DNA from: an uncultured Patescibacteria group bacterium
GTDB taxonomy: Bacteria; Patescibacteriota; Microgenomatia; UBA1400; PJMF01
Reading direction: 5' to 3'
Assembly (NCBI GenBank): GCA_905478415.1
Contig: CAJQIG010000002.1
Coordinates: forward strand, 120,834-184,833
DNA: 64,000 nt
A program made the translations under genes and the position numbers. Positions 10,901 through 17,810 of the stretch are shown here, piece after piece. Positions within the stretch are counted from its first letter, which is position 1, and the number at the start of each line of letters is the position of its first letter. A model generated the notes under the pieces. The model did not search any database, was not told the origin of the DNA, and saw only the letters and a program-made list of their open reading frames with translations.

Positions 10901-13645
10901 AGCTAGGGCAGCGGAAGTTTTGTATAGTTTTAAATACGAATCTGGAGTTGAAGTTCCAATGCCTACATTTGTTCCATTGTCGAAAAGCAAGGAGTTGGTC
11001 AGAGTATCGGCATCTGACCATTTAGAAATATAGTTAGTGGTACCAGATCCATCTGTGAGCGTGGTACCCCAAACTCTGGCATCGATTTCATCGGTAGTGA
11101 GTTGGTTGCTTCCATTGAGGATAACAACAGTATTATCAGTGCCTGTTCCGAGTCCTGAGAACGTGACGGTGCTCGTTGCTGCTAGAGTACTAATACTACT
11201 CAGATTGCCACTATTGAAATTCCAGTCCCCAGTGAGGTTTCCATCGTAGATAGTATTTGTACCCAAATCAAGAGTGCCTGCAAAATAAGCATTTCCACTG
11301 CTTTGCAACAGGATGTTTGCACTAGCCGTTGAATTTCCACCAACAGCTAAGTCTACAACGCCAGCAAACTCATTTTTTGGATGATAGACATTGAGGGTGT
11401 TCTCCCAAAGACCAGTGATAGAGCTGAAATCTGTGACACAGTTTGTTTCTCCGTCACCAGTACAAAATTTAGTTGCTTCTATAGTACCGTCAGAAACGGC
11501 AGTTCCAAAAGTTGAAAGACCAGAAGAAAGGTAGATATCTCCAACTACATCGAGTGGAGCTTGAGGGGAGGTTGAGCCAATACCTAGGTTTCCAGAGACA
11601 TAGACCTGATCATCAAGGGTGAGATTCCCGCTAGAACTGTAGATAGAGTTGCCATTGATGTCAAGCAGACTGTTTAAGATATCAATATCTGGAGTGCCAT
11701 CACCACCGTTTATAAGTAGGCGGTTAATATCGGTGCTGCTATCTTGAGTACGAAGGACGAGAGAACCACTGGTTCCACCACTGTTGGAGATATAGGAGCC
11801 ACCATTTCGATAGAAGGTGAGCTGGTTGCCGTTGAGCTGACTATAGAGTCCAGCACTAGAAGAGTAGGTAGTAATGGTGTTACTACCACCACCGTCACTT
11901 CCGAGTATGACATTACCTCCATCAGCAACATGAAGTTTTGCGCTGGGGTTATTAAGACCAGCGCCAATGTTTCCATTTTCATCGATCACACTTAAGGCAG
12001 TGCCAGAATTATTTTGCCATTCCTGAATGTTGGCTGTCCCACTGGGGCCACCTTTTGTTATCAAGGCAGTGCCTCCGGCATAAGTAGCGCTCAGTGTTGC
12101 TCCAGGAGCAGAAATATAGCCAGTTACATCGAGGTCAGACTGAACTTGCACTTGTCCAGTTCCGTCTGGAGACAGTGTGATATCTCCATTAGTCCCACTA
12201 CTTGTTTGTAGGGTTAGGGTTTCGGCCTCTATGGCGAAATTACCCGAAACAGCTTTGAGAAGAGGCGAAACTTCCCCCAAGATAATGTCACCGGTATTGT
12301 TCATAGTCACCACCGTGTTTTTTGTGGCTGCGCCGGTGGCGTCAATAGGATAGCCTTGCAGTGTTTCAGAGTTTAAAGCGTAGGGAACTGTCTTGATACT
12401 TTGTCGAGGAGTGAGTGTTTCAGTTGCGATCTCCACCTCGAGCCACACGTTTGAGTTCTCGGTAAAAACATCTTGGCTGATTTCACTACCACAAGTACTT
12501 CCGAGATCAGTATTAAAGATACCATCTTGATCTGGAGTGACACTACAAGTGCCAGAGCTCCAGAGTTGGCTGCCTGCAGTGTTAGCATCATAGAGGCGAA
12601 AGGCCATATCTGTAGCGGTAGTAATAGGGTTTTGACTGGTATCAGTTAAACGCCCCTGGAATTGAAGCACTCTATTTGGTCGAGTAGGGCTTGTAGGGTA
12701 AGCCAGGGGTGCTTTAGCATTTTTAATGAACTGGGTGTACCCAAAAATGCCAAAGGCAGCCACAAACAGTAAGATTATCACCAGGTTCAGGTAGGGGAGA
12801 AAGGTTTTTTGTTGTTGATCAGGTAGTAATTTACCCTGCAGGGTCCTCATCCCAGCTTTAATTCGACTTCTCATGTTCTGATTTGATTGGGCATTATCTC
12901 GAGTATTTATGTGTTCGTTTTGAGAATGAGATGATGTCACGGGAACTGAGGGTGCGTTTGAGGTTGGCACAGCGGTAAAGTGTAAGCGAGGCTCTTGTAC
13001 TGGAACAGTCTTACTTGAGGAAGAAGCAATGATCTTCTCAAGATCATTCCCAACTTCTTCAAGTTCTTTGATTGATGGAATGACTCCCTCTGTCATTAAC
13101 CAGAGGCCAAACTGAGTAATGCTGATGACTTTTCTTCTGATGGAAGAGGTCTTTAACCCCTTTTTTGCCTGTAGGACAACGAAAAGTGATAGTTCGTGTT
13201 TGTTTATGGCTCTTTGGAGCTCACTTTTCTGGGAAAATTGAAAAAATTGACTGATATCACTGCGATAATTTTTTATGGTTGATGCTGAGCAGTTGTCTGC
13301 TTTGAGTGCTAATAGGTATTCGTGAAGAAAAACTGTTGTCTGGTGGGGTGGATATTTTTGGACAAACTCAATCAAAGCTGTGCGTATCATTTGATCTTTT
13401 GTCTGGTGGTCCTCTGAGGTGTCCAAAAAGCGGATGAGTTCAGAAACAGGCCACTCACTGAGTGATTTTTTTTGTGAAAGATATTCGGCAAACAAAGCCG
13501 TGGCTTCACTGCGGTTGTGTTCACTGAGCAAAGCACTTTCCAAAAATGTGGAGAGTGAAGTCAGAATGCTAGGAATGTAACGGTTTTGGGCAGTCATTAT
13601 TTTATTTTTGCAAGTGTTTTTGACATGTGGCTCTACCAGATTCAT
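1976..13645 (-). CDS. Giant (3889 aa) membrane-anchored, fibre-like surface protein. Architecture: N-terminal cytoplasmic integrase-SAM-like domain, one TM segment, then a long extracellular region of tail-fibre-like beta-helical repeats.
   Basis: Single uninterrupted ORF. The N-terminal ~290 aa are hydrophilic and contain a Phage_integrase_N/SAM-like pattern (FLHEYLLALKADNCSASTIKNYRSDISQFF ... SSIRRKVISITQFGLWLMTEG). TM helix FLPYLNLVIILLFVAAFGIFGY follows. Dozens of repeats of the form GNVGIGT(S/T)(S/T)P..KLDV.G occur, with reiterated KAL.ILNETG(D/N)Q.....ASASG modules. Confidence 0.8.
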   Translation of the reverse strand: MNLVEPHVKNTCKNKIMTAQNRYIPSILTSLSTFLESALLSEHNRSEATALFAEYLSQKKSLSEWPVSELIRFLDTSEDHQTKDQMIRTALIEFVQKYPPHQTTVFLHEYLLALKADNCSASTIKNYRSDISQFFQFSQKSELQRAINKHELSLFVVLQAKKGLKTSSIRRKVISITQFGLWLMTEGVIPSIKELEEVGNDLEKIIASSSSKTVPVQEPRLHFTAVPTSNAPSVPVTSSHSQNEHINTRDNAQSNQNMRSRIKAGMRTLQGKLLPDQQQKTFLPYLNLVIILLFVAAFGIFGYTQFIKNAKAPLAYPTSPTRPNRVLQFQGRLTDTSQNPITTATDMAFRLYDANTAGSQLWSSGTCSVTPDQDGIFNTDLGSTCGSEISQDVFTENSNVWLEVEIATETLTPRQSIKTVPYALNSETLQGYPIDATGAATKNTVVTMNNTGDIILGEVSPLLKAVSGNFAIEAETLTLQTSSGTNGDITLSPDGTGQVQVQSDLDVTGYISAPGATLSATYAGGTALITKGGPSGTANIQEWQNNSGTALSVIDENGNIGAGLNNPSAKLHVADGGNVILGSDGGGSNTITTYSSSAGLYSQLNGNQLTFYRNGGSYISNSGGTSGSLVLRTQDSSTDINRLLINGGDGTPDIDILNSLLDINGNSIYSSSGNLTLDDQVYVSGNLGIGSTSPQAPLDVVGDIYLSSGLSTFGTAVSDGTIEATKFCTGDGETNCVTDFSSITGLWENTLNVYHPKNEFAGVVDLAVGGNSTASANILLQSSGNAYFAGTLDLGTNTIYDGNLTGDWNFNSGNLSSISTLAATSTVTFSGLGTGTDNTVVILNGSNQLTTDEIDARVWGTTLTDGSGTTNYISKWSDADTLTNSLLFDNGTNVGIGTSTPDSYLKLYKTSAALAAEELLKLSVSDDAGAYLSFRNATSADSLFSPQIRFQGSGSTVAGQIQAIATTDSGTDPLLTLTGQNTSSTIANRPILQVKNYTTVLTTWDQNGNVGIGTSTPVGLLNVEGAVVGKALSILNETGDQDILAASASGVTRFRIANNGYAYADRFTDISNSSYYIDPAAIVTSGVFNGNVGIGTNTPSYKLDVNGEANFTDAIRLNGDAGVVDYILTSSGGGLNNWTEPYSIVEAGYWDLTAGVFHPKPPYTDVVDLALGGNSTASANVHFQSNGEAYLAGNVGIGTSSPGAKLQLNTGSDSRIGQIIKANSGSQTANLQEWQNSSSTILSNIEADGDLNMRNAGILFNDANARIEQSSPLRLSITANTNDTFTNGLRLTSTSSEATATQYANSIYATRSVAGAATYNALQINTNVSASSGTQAVVRGMLNQVRLTGASTITSAYALHGRVDNESTGTITTAVAAYIDANINSGGGTITNNYGILVGSQNVGATNNYALYTNLGNVSLGDDLLLRNDNDRIQIGAGGDLDLYHTGSHSYITSATGNLIFDNMSTSGASIFQLGTNTTATSFQVLNNTSGSLFEVDGSGNVGIGSSSPGYKLDVNGEANFADAIRAGGDAGTSGYFLTSSAGGVNTWTDPASISGVTWWDNTLNVLHPTDEYASVVDLALGGTSTASATIHLLADGSAVFNQQGSDSDFRVEASGQANAFFVQGSDGNIGIGTGTPTHEVVVRKDQNANTAMLVSNETDNTGAYSSYLFETATRGGGFGLYADSFTGGGSLTHFAGRMGFAGYNGFEPLGLDFISNHASGDIRFFTGGLATSNERLRIDAAGNVGIGSTSPGYELDVVGELNLTDAIRVAGDAGTSGYLLTSSAGGANTWTDPATLGSVSWWDNTDNVLHPKDEYASVVDLALGGTSTASANIHLYADGRAYFADNVGIGIAPSTEALRVGGNGDILADDDITATDEFRTSADGTAADPKYTWTNDLDLGLFRGGTDILGFTTAGTEAMRIDASGNIGVGTTTPLGKLNLEGAAVGKALAILNETGDQAIFTASASGATKFVIANDGNVGIGTSNPGAELNLATGSFKIGTSDCNNSFCLDEDGFDTGFDYTIANHNGGSLYLMPDANVGIGTTTANAKLDVNGTIYFGTQIVARDDIDTKFVFGTNQIEMQAGGIRLLTSSQTAAFTGNVTGNLNGHDVDFNWYGDTNSDFFTLDAGTENVGIGTATPSSFKLEIAGDIGPTVDATYALGSASKRWSNLFISGNIAAAGLFDADTDTGIQVEESADEDKIRFDTAGSERMIIGADGNVGIGSTTPLGKLTIEGAAIGKALVILNETGNQDLLTASASGTTRFTVTNAGYAQADRFADISNTAYYIDPAAIATSGTFAGNVGIGTSNPATARLVVRNSSTEDIFNAFDGSTEVMTILDGGNVGIGTTAPLEKLHISNDSDADILLQEASNTSSFSSILGYKSRNTVASPSIVANGDGALSFVGRGYDGSNFLNLAEFRVEVDGTPGTNDMPGRLTFWTTPDGSSTSSERMRIDNQGNVGIGTINPSRFKLQLTGNIGPTTDDTYDLGSSTYRWQDLYLGPASLHIGTDGNEAVLSYNTTSNYLGFDPDGDTTNEVVILDSGNLGIGTVTPSSSLDIAIPWDNTSGPQITLGTVGHVSGDFAHAKIGTVETGSGSLGGMLFFSTKDNSGSVADAPIERMRIDSDGNVGIGSTNPTQKVDITSGNIQFSNSYGAYFAGSTMGTDATRIYSSGDRLHVRAEDVTGVAQFSSYGMYLPLAGQTYNLFTGGSIKAGHVEDASLDISTEVHITSSGDSYLSGGNVGINSTNPGEKLDVTGLIRASDNIQSGYGSGGVAMTINDGYGNANLTFNHMDGVPEQTGNAGRIEVNTDNTTGGAMSFEVGTNLTGGVAAALTEVMTILSTGNVGIGDTTPDAELEVNGDVLLTGNIYRNSHEDGFLVGGYNNIGANSTNTNPIFTIGSNYLPASTTLGNMYGIGYTHSNASFVSATPGGAGWGMYVSAGGVSRIFLNGTTGGGYFASNVGIGTTNPAAVLHTQGGYGTNVIFQHDGEIKYRANTTDVDDPPDIVFESSTGSQYSRIWSGLGSLLNLSGDSTTNADVTIKTDGLYFNNLSDFYIQQDATNRLLIASQTWNTADTGYVTLMGGATGGTDILKVLNGYAGHAHDEFTVKGNGTTYTRGSHDYAENILTSDITTQAADIVVVDPTKENEVVKSGHSEANNPDMVPTGFEQYANLEYPTDDSESIKTAWVKKTSKPYDNTVIGVISTTPGSLLGAWLEEEDFPGQIRPLALNGRTSIKVSTLNGVLNRGDAITTSVLPGIGMKSTQPGQIVGKVLESFDPSKLTCTNVPSLEAITWPDDPGSNLSSPCFRLPNGTYVGKAIVFVNIAWYDPTITLAENGQVVLTGDSSTGYRVKNSGQTVTSVTSLAKAFVANIQAGLTTTKDLVVQNTASIKTLSVESITINGQTLASYIQSITANQNTPNVAPLVSPIANNTVIKIASQSGSVLVTDSSNTTVATISSNGDTTLLGSLTAKNIVANSATISGSVSTDTLTANKTSLGSLLVEEATVSGTITATAIDTTSARIAALEAGIAQFEDAKAKTAEFVTATVSGTLYANNIDGLNEKTLTVTEKASLLAMLTTTDSIKSVADVVQTVETAGFTASSSADLNLTLADLSLSATDVTLEGDALFINNYFKVNGGAYVADNMGIGQSLFVEKDIHAGQSVTIANTLEIGENYIAYTATDSTSVFEIQPSGQGSLSLMAGLLILEENGTATINGSFTIENDATVKGTLFADLLKPTNFGNPLQVQVAGISDEDGEVRKSRFEIIDELGAPVATISAQGKAEFAGGLSVGSENLGTANLDTLDSDNRPILESQKTSGKAAIPSGTKEIKIKSSKVNKDSLIYVTPVGSTQNKVLYVKSQQEENPSEDKQGEFIVGFDEALDTEVQLNWWIVN
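7215..7860. repeat. Cassette within giant gene 1 that is ~88-90% identical at the DNA level, in inverted orientation, to 35268-35725 in giant gene 2. Giant gene 1 has a ~180-nt insertion relative to giant gene 2.
   Basis: Direct comparison of the reverse complement of 35268-35420 with 7700-7860, and of 35420-35720 with 7215-7520. Examples: ...agcaataacaaattttgtagcaccacttgctgaagctgtaaaaa... and ...ccacaat(c/t)tgag(t/a)(t/a)ccaaagtaaatagt(g/a)ccatttacatcaagct... Confidence 0.7.
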
Positions 13646-14205
13646 TAGACCTGTTAGACGTGTCTGAAATCAGTGTATCTTACCCGAGAGTCCAGGGTCA
13701 ATGGTCTGGTAGTTGGAGACAAAGGGGGGTGGGCAGAAAAAAGATCTCCCAGGCATACGATGATATATATAAAAAAGTATTTCACACTGTTTCATGAGTA
13801 TCATAAGACATCAAATAGGGGGTATTTATTCGTATTTATACGAAATGAGTCGCATTTATGTGCTTTTGTTCACACTATTTAATTCTTGTGGAACTGTTTA
13901 AATGAGTGGTAGTATGTGAAGGTAAAACTAACAAAAAAGATGGGGGAATCTTAGTACCAGGCTAAACGAGTGTAAAAATTACAATTATTTTACTTATGTG
14001 TGGAAAAAGTGAGTTTCGGTGCCGCTCAAGTGTTGAAAACTTTTTAAAAACAATTGCTTTGAGATAGTAATACTATTGACAATAGTGAGAATAAAGATGC
14101 AACAATAGTAATTGTGTTATATTCGGGTTCTATATTTAGTCGAGTAGATATAAGAATATAATGCGAAAATAGCTCTCAAAGCTGTGATGGAATCTTATAA
14201 TATAT

Positions 14206-14955
14206 ATGAAAAAAAATAGTGTTACGCTCGCCTTGTTTTTATATCCAACCAAGGAGAGTCAAGATCGATTCTTAAAGCAGTCTAGCGTGTATGCGTTAGT
14301 TCCTTCGCTGACGAGGGGTGGCAAGCGTTCTTTGTTATACCATTTAGAGCAAGAAGCAGTTCTTTTTTCCGAGCGGGTGTCCGGTGACATCCAGTACTCG
14401 TTAACAGAGAAGGGGCAACGCCAGTTAATTGAGCTATTTCCGGCTTTAGATTCCAAGTGGGATACCTACGCTGGAACCTGGCAGTGCATCGTCTTTCAAC
14501 AAGCTCCTAAGAGTGATCCCCAATTCAGGTACCTACGTTCTCAGTTGGTGCGAGAGCATGCCATTGGACTTAGCAGAGGAGTATACTGTTCTCCTGATTC
14601 TTTCTCGACCAACTTGATTCAAATGTGTCAAAAGCTCTATCAAGACTGTGTGAGTATTTTCTCAGTGGCTTCTTGGGACTTTGGCTTTGAGAGAAGCTCT
14701 ATTACACGAAACTTTTCACTTGCAGATCTTGCAACTTCTTACTCAAGTGTTAGCACTGAAGTTGAGTCTTTGCTAGCTTCTGTTGATCAAAAGAGAAGAC
14801 CGAATGATCAGGAAAAAAAGCAGTTCTTTTCGGTATACAATCGATTTCGGGATATTTTGAGTGAAGATGTTGGGATTACTACTTACTACTATCCTCAGGT
14901 ACCATCTGGACTGCAATTACTTGCTCAGTTGCAAGAGCTCGCAGACACATTTTAG
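14206..14955 (+). CDS. PaaX-family-like transcriptional regulator
   Basis: N-terminal winged-helix-like region (RGGKRSLLYHLEQEAVLFSERVSGDIQYSLTEKGQRQL) and the PaaX-type core WDTYAGTWQCIVFQQAPKSDPQFRYLRSQLVREHAIGLSRGVYCSP (compare PaaX WDGxWxLVxFDIPE..R..R..LR..L...GFG.L..SVWVSP). Confidence 0.55.
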   Translation: MKKNSVTLALFLYPTKESQDRFLKQSSVYALVPSLTRGGKRSLLYHLEQEAVLFSERVSGDIQYSLTEKGQRQLIELFPALDSKWDTYAGTWQCIVFQQAPKSDPQFRYLRSQLVREHAIGLSRGVYCSPDSFSTNLIQMCQKLYQDCVSIFSVASWDFGFERSSITRNFSLADLATSYSSVSTEVESLLASVDQKRRPNDQEKKQFFSVYNRFRDILSEDVGITTYYYPQVPSGLQLLAQLQELADTF

Positions 14956-15718
14956 AGCAATTTCTAACAATACATTTTCCTTTATATCCTCTAGACTACT
15001 AAAACACCACCACTTTTCGGGTGCTTATTCATGAATTATTGCCAGAGGCACTAAGATGCTCTTTTATTAGTAAATAACAAATAATTATATTTGCATGTAT
15101 ATTCGCCACAGGCTTTGCAGTAATAAATCGTTTATTATGCGTGAATAATAGATTCGTGTTTTTATAGTAATAATTTTATAATCTTAGTGCGATAAATATT
15201 ATTACCTCCTATTTATGATGCACTCTATTTTTTTAGCATACTAAATTACAATATACAGTTAGTTTCTTGAGTAAAAATCATATAATAGTTAAAATTATAT
15301 GATGATGAGTAACCCTAAAAGCAAATAACTATTGGTTGCAGTTATATTGATATAAGTGGTTTCAACAATTTCTTATAAGAAAAAAAAGCTAAAACACAGC
15401 TTGTTTTACTACCTGTTACTTACTATTGGTTTGAAGATGGCTGCAAGCAGCTTTCAGACCCCCAACCTGGTGTTAGCAGTCTAGTGAAAGTGAGTGCTAA
15501 GGTATTTTTTGAGGAAGTAAGAGCCCCTATATCAACAACTTTGTTCTTTTTGTTTGGTATTTATTCGAGCTTGGGGTTTTCTATTTTTTATCTGTGATGT
15601 CATATCTAACCTCTGGGCCGATAATCATTATTTTTGTTTCTTTTGCAGATAAGTGATGATTTGTATGGTCGTAGTTGGATTTTACTATTTTGTGTCTGCT
15701 TGCCTATAGAACAGAAGC

Positions 15719-17767
15719 TTAAAATGACTGTTGTGTGAGTTCTTCGAATGAGGTTAGGGAAGTATCAAATACAAGCGGTTTTTCACCGATTGTAACCTCT
15801 TCAAAGCCCATGTTCCCTGATTCTCGATACCAAATATATTGGCTCTTAGTAATAGTTATGTAGTACAGACCAGGATCACAGTAGGCTCCATATTTGCCTT
15901 TTTTATTAGTTGTGACCAATGCTACCAACTCTGTCGTTTGGGGATCGCTTACTTTGATAACGACATTTTCGATAGGTACTCCATCACGAGTGGTAATGGT
16001 TCCACGGATGGTAGCTCGTTTGTTGCTAATGACATACTTTTTTGCAAAAACTATCAAGTAAAAGGCGATAACTGCATAGTTTAATCTAGTTGGGCTAATC
16101 AAGGTAAAAATCACTGAGAGAATAAACATGGGAATGAGCAAATTCTTCATTCTAAGGCGAGCTGCAGTCAACCTCAGCCAACTTTTGAGGTTCTTTTTTC
16201 TGACTTTTTCATCTTTGGGATCAATTGGAATCAAGAACAATTGATGCGTCTTATCGGTACTTACCCGAAACGTTTCTCCTTTGTAGAAATCATTTATACT
16301 CAAGTAATTCGGCTTTTCTTTGGTAGTTGGGAAGGTGTAATCCTGGTGGGTAACAGTAATCTTGTAGACGCCATGGGGGAGTTGAATACCCTGATAGATA
16401 CCATTCTCATCAGTCACCACTGTTTCGAAGATAGTTTCGCTTGAGTCAACGCTCTCAATTGTAAGGAGGGCGAAGGGAACTGGCTCGTTTGTGTCACTAT
16501 TAAACACAATTCCTTGTGGTTCCTTGGCTGGAAGGAGTCCAATTGCTTGTAGAAACCTGAAGAAAAGTTCAAGACTCAGCTGTCCGCCGTAGCTGAAAAG
16601 TAGTGAGAGCAAACTGAGAGTAGGCAACAGCGCGGTTACAATTAATGCTCCAATTGGTGAGATAGCTCTGATCGATTGTGTGATAGCTTCGATAATTTGT
16701 GGGGGAATACTGTTCGTAACCTCCTCTGGAGTAGCCTCGAGGGTTTCTTGGATGATCTCATGGATGATTTCTCGCGGTGGCGTAATTGAAATAATGATAA
16801 CAGGGCTGGGACTCGGTGAGGGAGTTGGTACTACTGAAGGACTTGGCTCTGGGGTAAATCCAGGAGTAGGGCTTGGAGATGGAGTGGGCGTTGGGCTAGG
16901 TGTCGGGGTAGGTGTCGGTGCTGGTGGAGGAATGATAATGATGATAGGGTCAATGACAATTTTTAGATCACTAATGACAGAAATATTTCCTGAAGAGTCA
17001 GAAATAACAAAGTCGAGGGTAATGACTACGTTCCGGGGAAGAATACCAACTTGAAAGTCCCACGAACCATCAGAACCTATGGTAAAAGTATGAGTCTGGG
17101 TTGGATCATCGGGAATAGTGATGGTGAGTTGTACCGATGCATTACTTTCGCCAGTACCCACCAGGAGTGGTTCATTGTTTGCTAGGTGAATTGGATCAGA
17201 TGGAACGGTGGCGGCATCACCAGTGTTGATGTCAACTGTTTCATCGCCAATAGTTGTGATCTCGAAGTAGGGAGCAGTAGTATCAATAGTAAAATCCCAG
17301 ACAACTGACTGAGAAAAGTTTCCAGCCTCATCATAGGCATATATCTGCCAAGTGTGGTCGCCGTCGGAGAAGCCAGATTTGGGGGTAAGGAAGAAGTGTG
17401 AAAGGCCACTATCATAGAGTAGTGTGTATTGACTGGTTGTAGTTGCCCCAGTAGGAATGGTATCGAAGAGAAGGACTCCATCACGCCAAAATTGATAGTG
17501 AGAGACATCGACATTATCTGTGGATGCCTGCCACTCAAATGTAGGAGTGGGGGTGGTGAGGGTTATTTCATCCTCAGGAGAAATAAGAATTGGTGTACTT
17601 GGAGGGATGATGTCTGGGACAGTTGCGGTGACCAATTGTGGTCTATTTTTAGGATTTGTGGTTAAGTCTTCACCAGGAAGCAGTCCGCTTTCTTGAGCTC
17701 CTGCACCCAGAGGTGAGAATACAAGTAAGAGGGAAACCAAAAATGCTAGAAGTCGTTTGTAGCGCAC
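15719..17767 (-). CDS. Secreted/membrane surface protein with an Ig/FN3-like module, a Pro/Thr-rich linker, TM helices and C-terminal carboxypeptidase-regulatory-like beta-sandwich domains
   Basis: Signal peptide MRYKRLLAFLVSLLLVFSPLGAGAQE. PT linker PPPAPTPTPTPSPTPTPSPSPTP. Hydrophobic helices in the middle. CarboxypepD_reg-like segments (GTITTRDGVPIENVVIKVSD...KKGKYG; NGIYQGIQLPHGVYKITVTHQDY). Confidence 0.55.
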   Translation of the reverse strand: MRYKRLLAFLVSLLLVFSPLGAGAQESGLLPGEDLTTNPKNRPQLVTATVPDIIPPSTPILISPEDEITLTTPTPTFEWQASTDNVDVSHYQFWRDGVLLFDTIPTGATTTSQYTLLYDSGLSHFFLTPKSGFSDGDHTWQIYAYDEAGNFSQSVVWDFTIDTTAPYFEITTIGDETVDINTGDAATVPSDPIHLANNEPLLVGTGESNASVQLTITIPDDPTQTHTFTIGSDGSWDFQVGILPRNVVITLDFVISDSSGNISVISDLKIVIDPIIIIIPPPAPTPTPTPSPTPTPSPSPTPGFTPEPSPSVVPTPSPSPSPVIIISITPPREIIHEIIQETLEATPEEVTNSIPPQIIEAITQSIRAISPIGALIVTALLPTLSLLSLLFSYGGQLSLELFFRFLQAIGLLPAKEPQGIVFNSDTNEPVPFALLTIESVDSSETIFETVVTDENGIYQGIQLPHGVYKITVTHQDYTFPTTKEKPNYLSINDFYKGETFRVSTDKTHQLFLIPIDPKDEKVRKKNLKSWLRLTAARLRMKNLLIPMFILSVIFTLISPTRLNYAVIAFYLIVFAKKYVISNKRATIRGTITTRDGVPIENVVIKVSDPQTTELVALVTTNKKGKYGAYCDPGLYYITITKSQYIWYRESGNMGFEEVTIGEKPLVFDTSLTSFEELTQQSF

Positions 17768-17810
17768 ATGTACTTATATTTCTGATTTTGTATTACACTT
17801 GGCAACAACA

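Noticed and set aside
2331-12211. Numerous 60-160-aa ORFs on both strands inside the giant gene (e.g. 3024-3428, 7629-8120, 8942-9286, 11744-11995)
   Set aside because: All lie within or antisense to the continuous 3889-aa ORF. Their Pro/Ala/Val/Thr-rich translations are the expected by-product of the repetitive GGN/ACN-rich coding strand.
13085-13645. Interpreting the integrase-SAM-like N-terminus of giant gene 1 as a separate tyrosine integrase gene
   Set aside because: No catalytic (R..H..R..Y) recombinase domain follows. The domain is in frame with, and uninterrupted from, the TM helix and fibre region. Kept as an unusual fused domain instead.
16680-17054. 124-aa plus-strand Gly/Val-rich ORF
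   Set aside because: Antisense translation of the Pro/Thr linker of the 15719-17767 gene.
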